A DNA stretch of 36,462 nucleotides from Verrucomicrobiota bacterium (GTDB lineage: Bacteria; Verrucomicrobiota; Verrucomicrobiia; Verrucomicrobiales; DEV007): assembly GCA_045046875.1 (NCBI GenBank), contig JASFYY010000137.1, positions 1-36,462 of the forward strand, in the 5' to 3' direction. Below are positions 35,209 through 36,462 of the stretch, in pieces. A model generated the notes under the pieces. The model worked only from the letters and a program-made list of their open reading frames with translations. It was not told the DNA's origin and did not search any database. The translations under genes and the position numbers were made by a program. Numbering within the stretch: the stretch's first letter is position 1; each line of letters opens with the position of its first letter.

Positions 35209-36462
35209 ATGAGGAAAGATTTTTTTTCAAAAGAATTGCCGCGACGGCGTTTTGTCCAGATGGCAGCGGCTTCGTTGCCGCTGGTGGTGGGCGGGTTCGG
35301 TGCCTGTCAGGCCAAGGGGAATGGGGAAAAGAAAATCAAGGTGGCGGTGGTGATGACGACTTTTTTTTATCGCTCCCACGCGCATGTAATACTTGAGAAT
35401 TTTCTCCAACCTTATTTGTTCAATGGCAAGGTGGTCGATCCTCGGGAGGAATTTGAGATTGCGAGTTTTTATGTCGATCAGCTGGCTGAGGAAGAAGGTC
35501 TGGACGGCGAGTCTTCTGATATGTCGCAAGAGGTGGCGAAGGAGTTTGGCATTCCTGTATTTGAAAATATAGCCGGGGCTTTGGGTCTGGGAGGTGAGGG
35601 GTTGGCAGTTGATGCGGTGTTGATTATTGGTGAGCACGGCAAGTATCCTTTTAATGGCAGAGGGCAGGAGCTGTATCCCAAAAAACGTTTTTTTGATGAG
35701 ACGGTGGCGGTTTTTAAGAAAAGTGGGCGGGTGGTGCCGGTTTACAGCGACAAACATTTGTCCCATCTGTGGGACGAGGCAAAAGCGATGTATGATACTT
35801 CACGTAGCATGGGCTTTGGACTGATGGCGGGAAGTTCAGTGCCGCTGGCAGAGCGCAGGCCAGTGATGAAGATTCCGTCCGGGGCAAAGGTGGTGGAAGC
35901 GGTGTCGATTCATGGCGGGCCTGTGGAGCGTTATGATTTTCACGGTTTTGAAGTGTTGCAGTCTTTGTTAGAGGGGCGGGCGGGAAATGAAAGTGGGGTG
36001 AGTGAAGTGCAGTTTTTGCAAGGAGATGCTCTGTGGAAAGCAGCGGATGAAGGGCGTTGGTCTGCTGATTTGGCCGCTGCCGCCATGCGGGCGGAGTTTC
36101 CTGATGACAAACGATCACTGAAGGAAATGTGGTTGGATAAGTTCGCGGATGCGGATTTTTATGCGGTTTTGGTGAACTACAAGGATGGGACTCGAGGGAC
36201 GGTGTTGAAGGTCGGCAATGACGGGATCCGCTGGAACTTTGCTTGTCAGCTTGAGGGCGAGTCAAAGCCATTGTCCACTCGGTTTCATGTTGGACCGTGG
36301 AATAATCGCAATTTGTTCCGTGCTTTGTCGCATTCGATTCAAGAGCATTTCCGACAGGGGCGATCACCGTATCCGGTGGAGCGCACTTTGTTAACTACAG
36401 GTCTGCTGGAAGCGGAGATGGAGTCACGTGACAAGGGCGGAGTGGCGGTGAAAACGCCGCAA
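35209..36462 (+). CDS. Tat-exported hypothetical protein, probable Gfo/Idh/MocA-like Rossmann fold, partial (runs off the right edge)
   Basis: Not in the ORF track. Hand translation from ATG 35209 gives MRKDFFSKELPRRRFVQMAAASLPLVVGGFGAC (twin-Arg), SHAHVILENFL, SFYVDQ, AVDAVLIIGEHGKYP, VYSDKHLS and LMAGSSVP. Confidence 0.75.
   Translation, partial: MRKDFFSKELPRRRFVQMAAASLPLVVGGFGACQAKGNGEKKIKVAVVMTTFFYRSHAHVILENFLQPYLFNGKVVDPREEFEIASFYVDQLAEEEGLDGESSDMSQEVAKEFGIPVFENIAGALGLGGEGLAVDAVLIIGEHGKYPFNGRGQELYPKKRFFDETVAVFKKSGRVVPVYSDKHLSHLWDEAKAMYDTSRSMGFGLMAGSSVPLAERRPVMKIPSGAKVVEAVSIHGGPVERYDFHGFEVLQSLLEGRAGNESGVSEVQFLQGDALWKAADEGRWSADLAAAAMRAEFPDDKRSLKEMWLDKFADADFYAVLVNYKDGTRGTVLKVGNDGIRWNFACQLEGESKPLSTRFHVGPWNNRNLFRALSHSIQEHFRQGRSPYPVERTLLTTGLLEAEMESRDKGGVAVKTPQ

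Overview
This 36.5 kb window is gene-dense chromosomal backbone, most likely from a PVC-superphylum bacterium and probably Verrucomicrobiota. That assignment is inferred from DUF1501, the planctomycete cytochrome c plus SHD1 protein, the N-terminally extended LepB and a Tat-exported PVC-type hypothetical. Housekeeping genes include typA, lepA, lepB, thyA, folA, msrA, ppk2, a GGQ release-factor-like gene and a squalene/phytoene synthase. Also present are many secreted or lipoprotein genes, an isolated eboA-eboB pair, a PIN-PhoH gene, REP-like palindromic elements and two partial edge ORFs missing from the ORF track. I saw no rRNA, tRNA, CRISPR array, transposase or phage gene. The standout is 16856-17625, where a complete SAM-I/IV-type riboswitch can be read directly from the sequence (P1-P5, L3 pseudoknot, intrinsic terminator, clear antiterminator). 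It precedes no methionine enzyme or transporter. Instead it heads a 95-aa protein resembling a stand-alone integrase arm-type DNA-binding domain and an unannotated 48-aa ORF, a candidate SAM-controlled two-microprotein module. All family calls come from motif recognition by eye; no searches were run.
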